Part shown: positions 1-14,100 of the stretch, piece by piece
How the letters are laid out: each line of letters opens with the position of its first letter
Position numbering within the stretch: the first letter of the stretch is position 1
Source of the DNA: Strigamia acuminata
Lineage: Eukaryota
Assembly: GCA_949358305.1 (NCBI GenBank)
Contig: OX442314.1
Location: 5,332,001 to 5,396,000 of the forward strand
Direction of reading: 5' to 3'
Length of the DNA stretch: 64,000 nt
Program-made: the position numbers and the translations under genes
Notes under the pieces: generated by a model
What the model was told of the DNA's origin: nothing
Database searches by the model: none
The model's input: only the letters and a program-made list of their open reading frames with translations

Positions 1-411
1 TTTACGATTCCAACAAACCCGGTAAAATTTGTGAAATGATCGAATAGGGGAATAAGCTTGCCGCCACCCTCCAGGCTGCTTATTGTTGCCCGGGCCCTTA
101 TTCGGGACCAGGCTCTCCCAGTATCGTAACTGGCGCGCCTTTCAAACGCGGTTTCAATCATCCGAAACAACCGGTTCATGACAGTACTGACAACAGAAAA
201 TGAAGAAGAAACAGAGCAAGGTAAAAAAATTAATACTACATTTTGTTTTCACTTTTAACACATCTTTTTAAACATTTAGAAACAGCTAACCTCAGTTTTA
301 ACAGTCCAGTTAATTTGAATGCTGGTCTAGAGTTCATTATTGGTAAAATTAAAATTTTAAATTCATCCCTACAGATTAATTAATTAATTTATTTTTATTT
401 TTATTCTTATA

Positions 412-1830
412 GCTGAAGGTCTTAAAATTCAATCTAATGAATTTCAAGAAATTGTTAACCAATACATTACCGCTAAATATCCACCAGTTTCACTTGAGCA
501 AATTCTTGTGATTGAGGCTAAAACCAGAGGACAAATTAATAATGCAAACTGGTTAAATCACAGAAAAGGAAAATTAACATCCTCTAAATTTGGAGAGATG
601 GTTAAGTGCATAAAACCACACAGTTTACTAAAAACTCTCCTATATGCATCTGATATTAGCCATCTACCTGCCCTGAAATATGGAAGAAAAAATGAGGCTC
701 TGGCTGTACAGATGTACATTTTAGGTAGACAAGCAGAGGGTGTTAAGGTGAGTGAGTTTGGTCTCTTTATAGACAACACTTTCCCTTATTTAGCAAGCAG
801 CCCTGTCAGATTGGTATTCGATCCCAGAAGTGATCCACCTGAGGGTGTATTAGAAGTTAAATGTCCTTTAAGTAAGAAATGTCTCAGTATCAAAGAATCT
901 TGTACAACAAAAACTTTTTGTTGTACTTGTGATGAGAAGGGTGAAATTAAACTTAAAAAAATACCTACTACTATCAGGTAAGTGGAATAATTATAGTAAT
1001 TATATATTAATCATTTTCTAGTTTTTAAAATCTAACTTTATTTGTAGGTTCAGGAACAGATGGCCATTTCTGGACGACAGTGGTGTGATTTTGTCATTTA
1101 TACAAAGGCAGACCTTCATGTTGAGAGGATTGCAGCTGACCTCGTGTTGAATCCAATCGTTTAAATCGTTCCAAAAGTCTCTGGCTTCTTTGTAAATGTA
1201 AATGTTGGTTGAAATAAAATGGATGCTTGTTGTCACCATGAAATTTGTATGTTCACTGGGGTCAAGTTTATTGTCTCACAAAAACTATATACAAGAAACG
1301 CTCCTATTGGAGCAACACTAATCCGTTAATTGGCTTCAGCTGCATTCTTAAGAGGGGAGCTGAAGCCAGGTTGAGTGACAACAAATCTAACCCAATCTAA
1401 TTAAAAAGGTTAATGACACTAAAAATGTAAATAAACAAATAAAAACATAATAAATGCAAATATCAAATATCAAATCATAAAATATGGAAATTAGCAAATA
1501 AAGGACACTAAGATGTCATAATAAGAATTAATACAAGCAAATATTAATTAAAAAACATTATTAAATTAAGTTTTACAAAATAGCAATAATAATGGCACAT
1601 TAAAGGGAATGTGCACCCGAATTAAATGTCATGAAATCAAATACAAATTGCAAAAATATTAATGAGTCAAAATGCACAAAAATAACACATAAACATTACA
1701 TTAAAGGGATTGTGAACCTTGGAGTAAAACGCCAGTTTTCACACCTCGTTTTCTGAAATGATTGCATACAATCATTGAATAATTTTTTTAGATTTGCTTT
1801 CATTCCAGAAATCCTACTACAAAGGGTTAA
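412..1830 (+). pseudogene. YqaJ/lambda-exonuclease-like (PD-(D/E)XK) gene of an ISL2EU-type transposon; spliced and disrupted
   Basis: ORF 508-981 has YqaJ motifs: W..R..KLTSSKFG, YGRKNE, GLFI...PYLASSP, LEVKCP. A GT-AG intron at ~979-1047 joins YYYQ to VQEQMAISGRQWCDFVIYT...VERI. There is a frameshift near 960 and a solo LTR insertion at 1145. Upstream exons run off the window start, so the ends are approximate. Confidence 0.8.
1145..1743 (-). mobile_element. Solo LTR of a BEL/Pao family related to the element at 3496-9911
   Basis: The reverse complement starts TGTGAAAACTGGCGTTTTACTCC like the LTR at 3496 and ends in CA. A 5-bp TSD CCTCG flanks it (1140-1144 and 1744-1748). Confidence 0.9.
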
Positions 1831-4115
1831 AATAGGACTGCCTCTGTATGAAAAAAGTTGTTATAAAAGATTAAAATAATATTGTTGATTTTTGTGGTTT
1901 ATTGTTGTTATAATAAATTAATTCAACATCAAATGACAGATATATTTTGTATATATATTTATTTGCTACAGAGATTGTGATATTTACAATAAAGTTATAT
2001 AAAAAAAATTACATTGAAGCAAGTATTACTTATTGTTTGGTTTTAAAAGAGCTGGTTTAAAATTTGTTAAAAAAGAACAAACAGCTACAATCTGTTCAGA
2101 AATATCAATTAATGCTAATGGAAAAGCATGATATGAAATGTTTTAATTCTCCTTATTGCTCTTTCTACATGCACTCGGACATTAGCTATTTTCCTAGTGT
2201 CAAAAACATCTTTTTCTGGCGTCTGAATTGTTTTTTTTTCATAAACTTTGGTGGGATATTCAATTTCACACCAATTGGTAACATGGTCTCTATTTCAAAG
2301 CCTTTATCTGCCATAATGCAGTGGTCAGGGGTCATTAATTCCAAAAAAAACCAGAATCTGTTACTATGTGTTTATCAGATGCAGACCCACCATACAGAGG
2401 ACTTACAAAACAAACCAATCCCGTGGGAGTAATCTTAATTAATGCTTTAACAGTGTTAGTATGTTTATAATTAGAAAATGTCTCTCTCTGTGCTCTTAAT
2501 GTAAATGCTTTTTGAACTTTTACTTCAGTACAATCAATCATGATGGTTGTATCTGGATAGTCTTTAAATTGTGGAGGCACAGTTTGTTTGATTGCATCCA
2601 ATGAAGGAATTGCAAAAATTTGTTTGAAATCATGGAACATTAAAGTGATCCATGTTGTGAATAATCTACTAACAGTTGGTGTAGAAATTCCAAATATTCT
2701 AGCTATATCAAGAACAGGAAAGGCTAATTTCAATCTTAAAAGCACAAGAAATAAAGCATCTTCTGTATTTAATTTGCATTCTAAACCGGGTTTGCTTACA
2801 TGATTATTCGATATTTTTTATTTAATTCCGTTTTCCCCCCTTTCCAATATACACACTTTTCAATTTTAACATGAAAATATTTTACCATCTCTTGAAATAT
2901 TTTATTATCTGGAAGTCCAGTATAAAAATTTATCATCTTATTATCATGTTTTATATTTTCGTAGCACAGTGTTTGCATTTTTAAAATTTGTTTCTCTGCC
3001 GTTAAATTTTCAATTTTTAAATTTACACTGCTTCTTTCTTTGCTCAAATCTTCATTTGCCTTTCCCAGTGTTTTATTTGCCTTTTCCAGTGTTTCATTTC
3101 TCTCTTTTATAAAATGATTTTCTACTTGCACACTTTTAAGTTGACTTCTCAAAACTTCACACTTCTTTTCAAAATTTGTTACATTTGCATTTGATGGCAA
3201 GTCTTCAAATGATTCTGTCAAAACTTCTGATAAAATGATCGAGTTTTGGTCAATATCCATTTCCTACAAACAAGAAATTGTTAATAATGTCAATTTTATA
3301 GAAAGAAACACGATTTGATTTTGTTTACCTTTTGTGTATTTGCACCAACTAGTTTGTTTTTATCCCGAGCAGCCAACCGTTTCAATCTTTTAACACAACT
3401 CTCATGCTACAACACATGTTAAAATTTTAGTTGCATGTGCTTTTAAATAATGTATCATTCTTACTTTAGATGTATCACTCCAATTGAATACTGAATGTGA
3501 AAACTGGCGTTTTACTCCAGGTTCACATTCCCTTTAATGTGTTGATTTTATTTAATATTTGTGTATTTTATTTCCTTTGATTCTACATTTAACATTTGTG
3601 TATTTTTATTTGTTTTGATGTAATATTCAGTGTCATTTGCTCATTTATATTTCATTTATATTTGCTGACCTTGCATTTAGTGTTGTATGGTTTATCCAAT
3701 TATTCTAGTGTTTTAATGTCGTTTATTTGATTTTATATACTCCTTTTAATGTTCCATTGTTTTATTATTCTGTAAAACTCAATTTAATATTTTGTATTCA
3801 ATTTTAACATGTTTATCTTTCACATTTAGTGTCATTAACCTTTTATTTAAAGAGGGTTAGATTATTGTCACATGACCTGGCTTCAGCTCTCCTTCTAGGA
3901 ATGCAGCTGAAGCCAATTATCGGATTAGTGGTGCTCCAATAGGAGCGGTTTTGTATATATCTTTTTGAAGACAATAAAGTTTAACCCCAGTGAGTGTACA
4001 AAATTCATATTGGCAACACGTCTCTTTATTTCAACTTGCAACATATTTTCAAACACATTACAAAGAAGCCAGAGACTTTAAGAAGACCAACTAAAAGCGA
4101 TTGGAATCTACATTT

Positions 4116-4133
4116 TGGTGCCGAAACCCGGGA
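4116..4133 (+). promoter_or_regulatory. Primer binding site, tRNA-Phe
   Basis: TGGTGCCGAAACCCGGGA is complementary to the 3' 18 nt of eukaryotic tRNA-Phe. Confidence 0.9.
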
Positions 4134-4157
4134 GTACCCCAAACTGCAAGTAAAAAA

Positions 4158-7100
4158 ATGCCTCCGAAATTTGAATTGAAAAGAAGGGCCTTGACCACAG
4201 CCATCCAGGCTGCAGAGACATTAATGGCCGCCATTACAACTGCCTTTGCTGGCGTGCCGGTGGTGACCAAAGACGTGCTCAGCATCTGGACAGATCAACT
4301 GGCGGGCAAAATGCTCCGCGTTACAAAAGCCAGTGATTTGGCCATGGACTTGGCAAAAAGTGACCTTGAGGTGGACGAGGTGAGCAACGCGATCGACGCC
4401 ATAGAGGACCGCGCTGCATCAACTAGAGCCGCCATTATGACGTACACTGCTCGGAATTATCCAGTTCAGCCCGCTGTGCCTCAAAATTTACCGCTACCAT
4501 TGAATCCAACAATTAACAATTTTATAAAACGAAAACCGTTGGAAGTGCCAAAATTTGACGGTAGGCGGCCAGAGGATTGGAGTGGGTTCTGGAGAACATT
4601 TGCTTCACCTGCGCACGTATCTGCACGGGGACGCTTTGAATGACATCAAAGCGTTAGAAATAACAATACCAAATTACCTGGTCGCAATTGATCGCTTAAA
4701 AAGAAAATACGGCGATAAAATTTTGTTGGAAAACCGATTCATAAATAATTTGTCTGTTTTACCTGCAGTGAAGGACGAGAAAGATCAAGCTGGGCTGCAG
4801 CGTTTGCATCGCCACGTCGAAATAAACATTGAAAATTTAAGCAATATCGACGTGAACCTCGAGGAGTACCAAAGAACACTGTTTCCCACGCTGGCCACGG
4901 CAATCCCACGAGCACTGATGCGTGAGTACGATCGAGAGAACGCTGCAGAACGATCGGTTCCCCGCCTCATGAAGTGGCTGCACGATTTCGTGACGAAAGA
5001 AGCGCAATACGAAATGATGGCGAGACAATCAAAACAGACTGCATCACATCAAAAATCGAATGCGACTCCCGACGCCCCGAGCTTCAAGAAGGAGAAGAAA
5101 CGATTCGACAAGAGAGACAAAAGAGTCCAAGAAAGCTCCGCGTCAATGATGTCGATTGCAGTCAAGACCTGCCAATTTTGCGAATCGAAGAGCCATGATC
5201 GAAAAGTCTGCCCACTCAACGCCGAGGAACGAATGGCGAAATTAAAAGCAAAAAACGTTTGTTTTCGGTGTCTCGGACGAACACCGCACCCGACCAAAGA
5301 ATGCCGCACATCAATGAAGTGCTTTCGATGCGAGGGACAGCACCACACATATTTGTGCACCAAGCCAAAATCGACGGCGACCAACGATTCGAATTCCGGC
5401 AGACAGATTGAAGTGACTGAAATCAAACAAAATGCAGTTGTCAGCGTAAATCGACCAGCTGTTGAATTTTTGATGATCCAGATGGCACAATTGAGCGGAG
5501 AGAAGCTGCAAACCAAGGGCGTCTGCTACATCGATGGCGGAGCACAGCGCACATTTATCCGCGCTGACGTGGCTCAAAAACTGAGATTGAAAAAATTGGG
5601 CACGGAGAAAATAAACCTCGCCACTTTTGGTCAGCATCCCAAGATGGAAGTGAGAAACCGAGTCCAAGTGAAGATACAACCGATCAATGGAACATCTCCA
5701 GCCATATTAATCGACGCAATTGAAACGCCACGATGCACGACCACTCCAACTGAAATTCCGACCACCTTGCTAAGCAACAAATTGAGAGACTTGGGAATCC
5801 AAGTGAACTGCAAACAGGCCGCCTTACATTCGAGCGAAGTGGACATTTTTCTTGGCGTAGACCACTACAATAAAATTACCACGGGTCAATCCAAATTTAT
5901 CGAGGAAAATTTGGCTGCTGTAAACACAATTTTGGGATGGACGTTGCACGGACAAACGACGCAGGGGACACAGCTCATCGCGTCGCCGACACAAGCCAAC
6001 AAAATAACCATTGTCCCTTCCACAGATGACCTGTTACGAAATTTTTGGGAGCTTGAATCGATTGGGGTGCAGCATGAATCCATGATCGCCACAGGAGATG
6101 AGGAAATAGTCAAAAAATTTAACCAAACCATCAACTGGACAGGGAGCCATTATTCCGTCCAGCTGCCGTGGACCGTGAATCCGGAGGAGCTTGCTGACAA
6201 TTATCAAATCGCCGAGCAGAGATTTCTCAACCTGGTGCGACGTTTCCGTAAGCAGCCCAATTTATATCTCGAATATAAAAAAGTCATTGATGAGCAGATC
6301 GAGCAAAACATTGTTGAAGAGGTGCCAAAGGGCGAAGCTCCTGGTCCAGTCTACTACATGCCACATAGGCCTGTGGTCAAGGAAGAGCGAGTGACGACCA
6401 AATTGCGAATAGTATTCGACGCTTCTTCACATAAAAAGGGCCAATTGTCTCTAAATGACTGTTTATCAAAGGGAGCCAATTTACTCCCATCTTTGATTTT
6501 TATTTTGCTGAAGTTTCGAACTCATGAGTTTGCATTAATAGCCGATATCAAGAAAGCATTTCATCAAATAGAGATTGCCATGAGGGATCGCGATGCAACT
6601 CGTTTTTTTTGGATCGATGAGATGTGGGACGGAATTGGACGAGCAATAATCAAGATTTTGAGACAAACTCGAGTGCTGTTTGGCGCTGCCCCCAGCCCAT
6701 TCCTGCTGAGTGCGACCATAAAGCACCACCTGGAGAAGTTTAAGGACGAATTTCCACAAGCTGTCGAATTTATACATCAGTTTCTCTATATGGACGATTT
6801 GATTTCCTCACTGGACAATGAGGAAAAGGCGGAAGAAATTTTTCGACAAGCGCGCATCATCATGGCCGCAGCGGGAATGGAGTTTGTGAAATGGCAGACA
6901 AATTCGACCAAATTGCGAGCAATAATGCGACAAGAAGTCCCATCCGACTGCGATCTGATGAACGATGACGAAACCAAAGTTTTGGGATTACGATGGAGTC
7001 CAAACACAGACCAAATAAGCCTTGCTGTGGAAATTACAGACGACGTCAAAACCAACCAAATCACTAAACGAGAAGTCATCCGCATGACTGCACAAATTTT

Positions 7101-9299
7101 CGATCCATTGGGATTCGCAAGTCCATTTACCATTACGGCAAAGATTTTTTTCCAAACCTTGTGGCTAAGAAACCTGAAGTGGGACGAGAAATTAAATGAA
7201 GAAATGCAAGAAACTTGGAAAAAATGGGCGAATCAAGTCCCCAAATTGAGAGAAGTCCAACTGCCAAGATGGATTGGATTTAAACCACATCAAGAAAACG
7301 AAATTCACATATTCTGCGACGCCAGCCCGAGAGCTTATGGCGCTGTGGCTTATATGCGCAGAAAGGAAGAAAATTTAATAATAATAAGTTTTTTATTTTC
7401 TAAATCTAGAGTGGCTCCAGTAAAACCATTGACGCTGCCCAAGCTAGAACTAATGGGCGCCCTTCTTGCAGTACGCCTCAGAGACCAATTAATAGAGGTG
7501 ATGGACTGCAACCGATACCATTACTGGACCGACAGTCAGATCTGCGTGCATTGGATAACAAACACATCCATGCGACCACCAACGTTTATAAACAACCGGG
7601 CGATCGAAATCAGAGAAAAATCACATGTAAAGGCATGGAAACACGTCGCGGGCCCGGAAAATCCAGCCGATCGACTGACAAGAGGCATTGATGCAGCGGA
7701 GCTGACAAATGACGAACTGTGGTGGAAAGGGCCAAAATGGCTAAGTGAAGAACAAGAGAACTGGCCAAATAATAAGATGGAATTAACCATAGACCCAGAC
7801 GAATTGGACAGCGAGGCTGACGAACACGAGGAGCCAAGCGGAGAAACCCACGCGAATGCAGTTCAACAAAAAAATAATCAAAATTTTGCATTTCCAATTT
7901 CCAGGTCATATTTACGCACATGTCGAGTGTGGGCCTGGTGCTATCGTTTTGCACACAACTCAAAACAAAAAGCAGACAGCGGACATCGTCAACAAGGGGT
8001 TTTGAATGCAGAGGAACTCGTGACGGCAAAGCAAAAATTGATCATCGCTTCACAACGGCAACACTACGCCGCAGAAATGAAGCAACTGACCGAGGGAAAA
8101 CCATTGATGGCAGCATCCAAATTAAAGCTGCTCAACCCGTTCATCGATGCAAATGGAGTAATGAGACTGAGGACCAGACTACAAACCTCCAAAGATGAAC
8201 AAACAGCAACACAACCTATCGTGTTACCACAAAAATGCGAATTGACCAAACTAATATTTTCGCATTCTCATTCCCAGGTTCTCCACTGCGGCTTGACAGC
8301 AACGCTCGCCCAATTTAGAGAGTCATACTGGACACCGGCCGCAAGGAGAACCTTAAAGTCAACGTTAAGTCGATGTGTCACGTGCAAGAAGGTGCAGGGA
8401 AAATTGATGCAAGAATCACCCGGACTGCTGCCATTTGACAGAATCACCCGTTGCGAGCCATTTGCGGTCACAGGAGTCGACTTCGCGGGACCCCTGTACA
8501 TAAGAGGACGCAAAACAAAGGCATACATCGCACTGTTTACTTGTGCTAACATCCGAGCGGTGCATCTCGAATTGGTGCCCTCACTCAACACGCCTGATTT
8601 TGTCGACGCGTTCGAACGATTTGTGAGTCGCCGTGGACTACCAAAGACATTATATAGCGACAACGGGACAACTTTTCGCCGTACCAACAAGGAATTGGCT
8701 GCATTATTGAACAATACCAAGGATGAGTCGTTCAAGAATTATCTATGCAACAAGGGGATCAATTGGAAGTTTATAGTTGAACATAGCCCGTGGTGGGGGG
8801 GATTTTGGGAAAGGATGGTGAAGACAGTCAAATCCTGCTTGAAGAAAAATATTGGGACTGCATCATTAAACTTTTTTCAATTGAACACTCTCCTCACCCA
8901 AGTGGAAGCTGTGTTGAATCATCGTCCGCTAACCTACGTTTATGAGAAGCCCGATGAACCTGAGAGCTTAACTCCTGCCCATTTCTTGACGGGAGAAAGA
9001 GTTACATTCTTGCCGGACCCTAGTTACATCAACCAAAAGAATACCTAACAGATTTGAAGACACAGTCTGGAAAGTCGGGACTCCTCGAATTAAAAGCAGG
9101 CGACGTCGTGTTGGTTGAAGAACAAGGCCGACCCCGGCTCCAGTGGAAGATGGGCCGTATCACTGAAGTGCGCGTTGGAAGAGATGGCAAAGTCCGATCA
9201 TGTGAGCTTGTCACTTCGGGTGGGGCTAAGTTGAGGCGTCCGATTCAGCGTTTGGTCCATTTGGAGGTTCAAAGTGAGATCGGCGCGGGGGGAGTGTGA
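4158..9299 (+). pseudogene. BEL-1 Gag-Pol polyprotein (Gag, Cys/His knuckles, protease, RT, RNase H, integrase) broken by two frameshifting deletions
   Basis: ORFs 4101-4643, 4555-9048 and 9054-9299. Motifs: YIDGGAQ, KLRIVFDAS, ADIKKAF, YMDD, FCDAS, WTDS, NPAD, GVDFAGP, SDNGT, WWGGFWER, RRPIQRL. Confidence 0.92.
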
Positions 9300-11130
9300 A
9301 AACTGGCGTTTTACTCCAGGTTCACATTCCCTTTAATGTGTTGATTTTATTTAATATTTGTGTATTTTATTTCCTTTGATTCTACATTTAACATTTGTGT
9401 ATTTTTATTTGTTTTGATGTAATATTCAGTGTCATTTGCTCATTTATATTTCATTTATATTTGCTGACCTTGCATTTAGTGTTGTATGGTTTATCCAATT
9501 ATTCTAGTGTTTTAATGTCGTTTATTTGATTTTATATACTCCTTTTAATGTTCCATTGTTTTATTATTCTGTAAAACTCAATTTAATATTTTGTATTCAA
9601 TTTTAACATGTTTATCTTTCACATTTAGTGTCATTAACCTTTTATTTAAAGAGGGTTAGATTATTGTCACATGACCTGGCTTCAGCTCTCCTTCTAGGAA
9701 TGCAGCTGAAGCCAATTATCGGATTAGTGGTGCTCCAATAGGAGCGGTTTTGTATATATCTTTTTGAAGACAATAAAGTTTAACCCCAGTGAGTGTACAA
9801 AATTCATATTGGCAACACGTCTCTTTATTTCAACTTGCAACATATTTTCAAACACATTACAAAGAAGCCAGAGACTTTAAGAAGACCAACTAAAAGCGAT
9901 TGGAATCTACACTGAAGGCACAACATTTTTTTTTAAGAGTCTTAGTTTACCATGCAAGCGAATATTAAAATCGCTAGCAAGAAAATGCTTTGAACAGACT
10001 CGGGTGCTTTCATTTATGACGAATTTTTTCCCCAAATCTCTTCTTATTTTAACTAACCACTCTTTCCTGATCTGCTTAGACTTTGGAAATGCATGCCAAG
10101 ACAAGGAATTATCACCTTTTCTTTTAAAATTCATACAAACTGGCACGGCACAACTCCAACGAGCCATTTTGACTTAACCAGAAGACTTCAATTCCGACAT
10201 TTTTAAGTGTCATTTTCGGACTCGGGGGGGGGGGGGTTGTTTAGTATGTAACCAAATTTTGGACCCACTCTTTAGCGGGCCATATTCTAAAGTAAGCCCA
10301 AATAAGGCGTTTTTAGTTTTTTATTAATGATAAAGAACGGATGTTGACACCACAATGAAACAACACAAAAACGAAACTGATTTATTAATGCTTAAACTTA
10401 CAATTACATCTTACAATGAAATACTTAACATACGGAACTATAAATGATACATGAATTTCTACTTTTACAATCATTTGTGCCTTTGCTGTAGAGTTTAGAT
10501 TGTGAGACGTGCTGGAGGTTCAAAGGCATTTGACTCATCAACAACACAAATCGAAATATAATGGCAACTGGAAAAATTTGAAAAAATTGTCTGAAATTGT
10601 GTAATTGTGAAATTGTGATTTTAAAATTGTAAACAATGCCACAATTTAACGACGATTTACCAAACAGACTCTGAACCAATTAAAAGGGTTTAGAATGCAA
10701 ATGTAGAACGATAATAATGGCATTCACAACGTTAATCCTAGAATGCTGCCGATATCGCTTAACAATTGAGATATTGAATATTTTTCATTCTTTTCGATAG
10801 CCTCAGCGAAACTATCAGCTAATCGAAAGTTCATAAATGTGATTAAGTCAACTGCAAGCCATAAACAATTTCACTAGGTGCTGATCTACGTAGTATATCT
10901 ACTCTGTATATGACATATGTAGAAATACCAGACTGGTTAAGGTTTTATGCACTAATTCCTACTTCTACTCTAATTGTGGCCCCTGCTGGAGATGCCATCA
11001 GATGTGCTGTGGTTATAAAAGGCGTTTGACTTATCACAAAAGATTTTTTGTGATGATTTGCAAATTCGATTATTGACAGCAGGATGAATGAAGAAAAGGA
11101 GTTGTGCGGTGTTTTAAACAATCCCACAAA

Positions 11131-14100
11131 TTACACACGATTACGCAAGCAGGCTCTGAACCAATTAAAAGTGTTTAGAATGCAAATGAAGAAAGATAGT
11201 ATTGACATTCCCAAACCTAGACCTAGAATGCTGCCGATGTCGCTTAAGAATTGAGACATTGGATATTTCTGTTTCTCCTCTATGGTCTCGGTGAAACTAT
11301 CAGCTAATTGAAAGATCACAAGCGTGAAAATATTGACTGGCATATTATTCCCACGCGAAATAGTTTGGTAAAACTTATTTTTGCAAGGTCTTTTACATTT
11401 GCACTGTTTTTGATTCGAGGCATAGTTATTGAAGTACATTAGATGAGTGGTAGTAACATCTTTTGTGGTGTTGCAATCTGGTAAATTTGATGCTGTCATA
11501 TAAGGTAATCTGAAAATCGTTATGACAAGTAATTAAGAAATAGATGACAATAAAATGTGGCAATAAATAAAAATAAATGTGAAACAAGCAAACATATCTC
11601 AAAACCACCATAACGTTGACCTATTTCACTGGTGTAGTGGCACATTCATATATTCATACCAATTCACTAAATCAACACAAAGATGTGAATAAAATAAAAT
11701 GTGTCAATTGCCTAGTATACCTGCAGATAATGCTTCTATATAAATTGTTTTGTACACAAGCATTTTTACACATCAAATATGTAGTTTTGTTGTCTTCACA
11801 TGGATTGCGCTTTGTATTTCTTTGTATAGTCTGTTTTATAAAATCAAGTTCAGTATAAACATGATGTATTTTTTGTATACAGTAAATTGTTTAATTTGTT
11901 ACCATTAATTCTCGAAGTATAACATCATTTATCCACCCATAGCTTAACGCCAATGGTTCCAGGATGTTAACTTCTTCAGCTAGATTATTTATGAATAACT
12001 GAATAATATAAGATAATTAAAAATTATGTGGATGCATATTGGATCACTTCCTGTAACTGACAAGTAATTTCAGGCAAATCAGTCACAATTCATTTGAGTA
12101 CACCTATTGTACCGATTGCAGGTGGCCCAAATAGAACGGGTCCCATTTATTGGTCCACTAAATGTCCTGTGATTTCCACTTTAAAAAAACTAACTCGCCC
12201 ACTTACTGAATTTTCCACTAACGCTCCTTTTTTGTTCCACTAATTTTAGCCACCAAAAAAAAACTAAATGTTCCACTAAAATCAAATTCGGAAAGAAAAA
12301 ACTAATATTACCACTACTACTTCTATTTTTTTTTTTTTTTTTTTTGTGTTGCAGCTGTGCGAACGTTTTGCACACATTAGCATAACGTTTGGCGTACGTT
12401 CCGTATGTTCCGTAAGCCTCTGTGAACAGTGGCGGATCTAGCACCCGGCTATTGGGGCTTGAGCCCCGGGCCCCCAAATTCTAGGGGCCCCCGAGACTCT
12501 GGGCCATGTACTAAAAAAAAAAAGGTCGCTAAAAAAAGAAAAAAGAAGAAAGGTTGCTATTAAAAATTTTGAGAAAGGGGCTCCGAAAAAACCTCAAGCC
12601 CCGGGCCCCCGAAAAGTTAGATCCGTCCCTGTCTGTGAAGCATGAAAGTGCTTGGAACATGCAACATAAATACACCACTTCGAGCGGGACGAAAAGAACC
12701 GGCCCGACAATAGTAACTCTTCTCGTACTGTCTGGCTGGATGATTTTATATGGGCCACCCGGTATTTGGTCTGCAATTCTATGTGCGAAATTAAAATTTA
12801 ATAAGATTGCTTCTGGGCTGAATAAATGGGACAAGCTATTCTGGCACCCTACTTATACTTGTACAGTTTTCCAGTTACAAATTATTTCAAATGCCATATG
12901 GAAAAATGCACAAGAAGCTGGTTTACAGAAATTGTGCTAATCCCATTATTGATCAGTTTAAATCATGATTTACAGGAATCCAGTCGTTTCGATTCTAGTC
13001 TGTTGAGGGTAAGGTATTTATCTGTCTAATGATGATTTTAGATTACCTTCATATCATTTGAGCATACTGCTGAAGGTAGTAGGAATTCAAATGTAAATCC
13101 AAGGCGAACTATTAGGTTGTGTGTTTTATCTGGAAAACATTGGAAAGATTAAAGTGAATTTTCAGAAGCTTCAGCTAGATCTAGAGTGCAATTTAAAATT
13201 ATAGTCAAGTAACTGCTGTAGTTGTAAGAAAAGTTGAAGGCATAATACCAAAGAGATACGACACATACCGTACTGCCTTGAATAAACGCCCAGGCGTTTA
13301 TTTTTTTTTTGATTTGCCCGCCAGGCGCTTATTCACGGCCAGGCGATTATTCAAGCCAGGCGTCTATCCACAAAAAAAGTTAAAAAGTACAGAAATTATT
13401 AATACGAGTGTTTTCCAATTCAATCTTCACTGCATGCAACTTAAATTCGGTCACGGAATGCAGCAGTTTAGCCATGAAGGCGTGTTAAAAACTTCATTTG
13501 TACCGTACGTCACGTGTACGGTACAAATGAGGTAAAAAACGTTATTCGTACGTAATCAAATCCGGCGCTTAATCAAGAGCCGGCGCTTAATTACGCCCGG
13601 CCCTTATTCAAGGCAGTACGGTACCCTCCACCTTGTAGTATTGAAATCATTTAGTGTGAATGTGCTGTAACTACCGGGTGGCCCACATAAAACCGGCCCG
13701 ACAATAAAAGGAGGGTCACTAAGGATGTCTCAAAAAAATTTAACATCCAATGTTCTATTAAATACTCTGTATGTATTAATTATTTTAGTTGTGGGCAGTG
13801 TTGTTTAATTAACGTTTCTGGTGCAGTTTCTTCCGCTCTTTCGTTTGGTATGTAGTTTTAGACAATCCGAGCTTTTGTTCTGAAGATATTTGCGTTTTTA
13901 ATCAATTTTTGTCCAAATTTACCAAGTTAGATTCCAGATTTTGTCGTATTTTTTTTGATTTTTTCAGCGCTACAGAAAAATCTCAAAAAAAAAAGCAAAA
14001 TCTCACGAAATCTCGCAGATCTCGTATTGGTACATCCTAAAAAAATAAACAAAAGTACCACTGAAGAGATTCAAAAAGTACCACAAAATCTAAAATTCAG

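Larger units (their letters stand above)
3496..9911 (+). mobile_element. BEL/Pao LTR retrotransposon (BEL-1)
   Basis: 617-bp TG..CA LTRs at 3496-4112 and 9295-9911 with no difference noticed. 5-bp TSD CTGAA (3491-3495, 9912-9916). tRNA-Phe PBS, and a G-rich PPT at 9287-9294. Confidence 0.97.
2031..10167 (-). pseudogene. ISL2EU/Harbinger-type transposase (THAP + HTH + DDE_Tnp_4); frameshifted and interrupted by a BEL element
   Basis: THAP domain at 9912-10167 (C-x4-C...RVCSKHF...VPSV) continues as FNW at ~3490. HTH (LLRLKL...FGIS.PTVSR) and DDE motifs (IDCTE, YGGSASD, MADKGF, RVHVERAI) lie at 2031-2745. It is convergent with YqaJ, the typical ISL2EU layout. Confidence 0.85.

Noticed and set aside
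508..981. Phage or bacterial contamination (lambda exonuclease fold)
   Set aside because: The gene has GT-AG introns and is paired with a THAP-DDE transposase, as expected for ISL2EU.
10270..10300. Right TIR of the ISL2EU element (...TAAAGTAAGCCC)
   Set aside because: The position is plausible, but the partner TIR and TSD are outside the window, so it cannot be confirmed.
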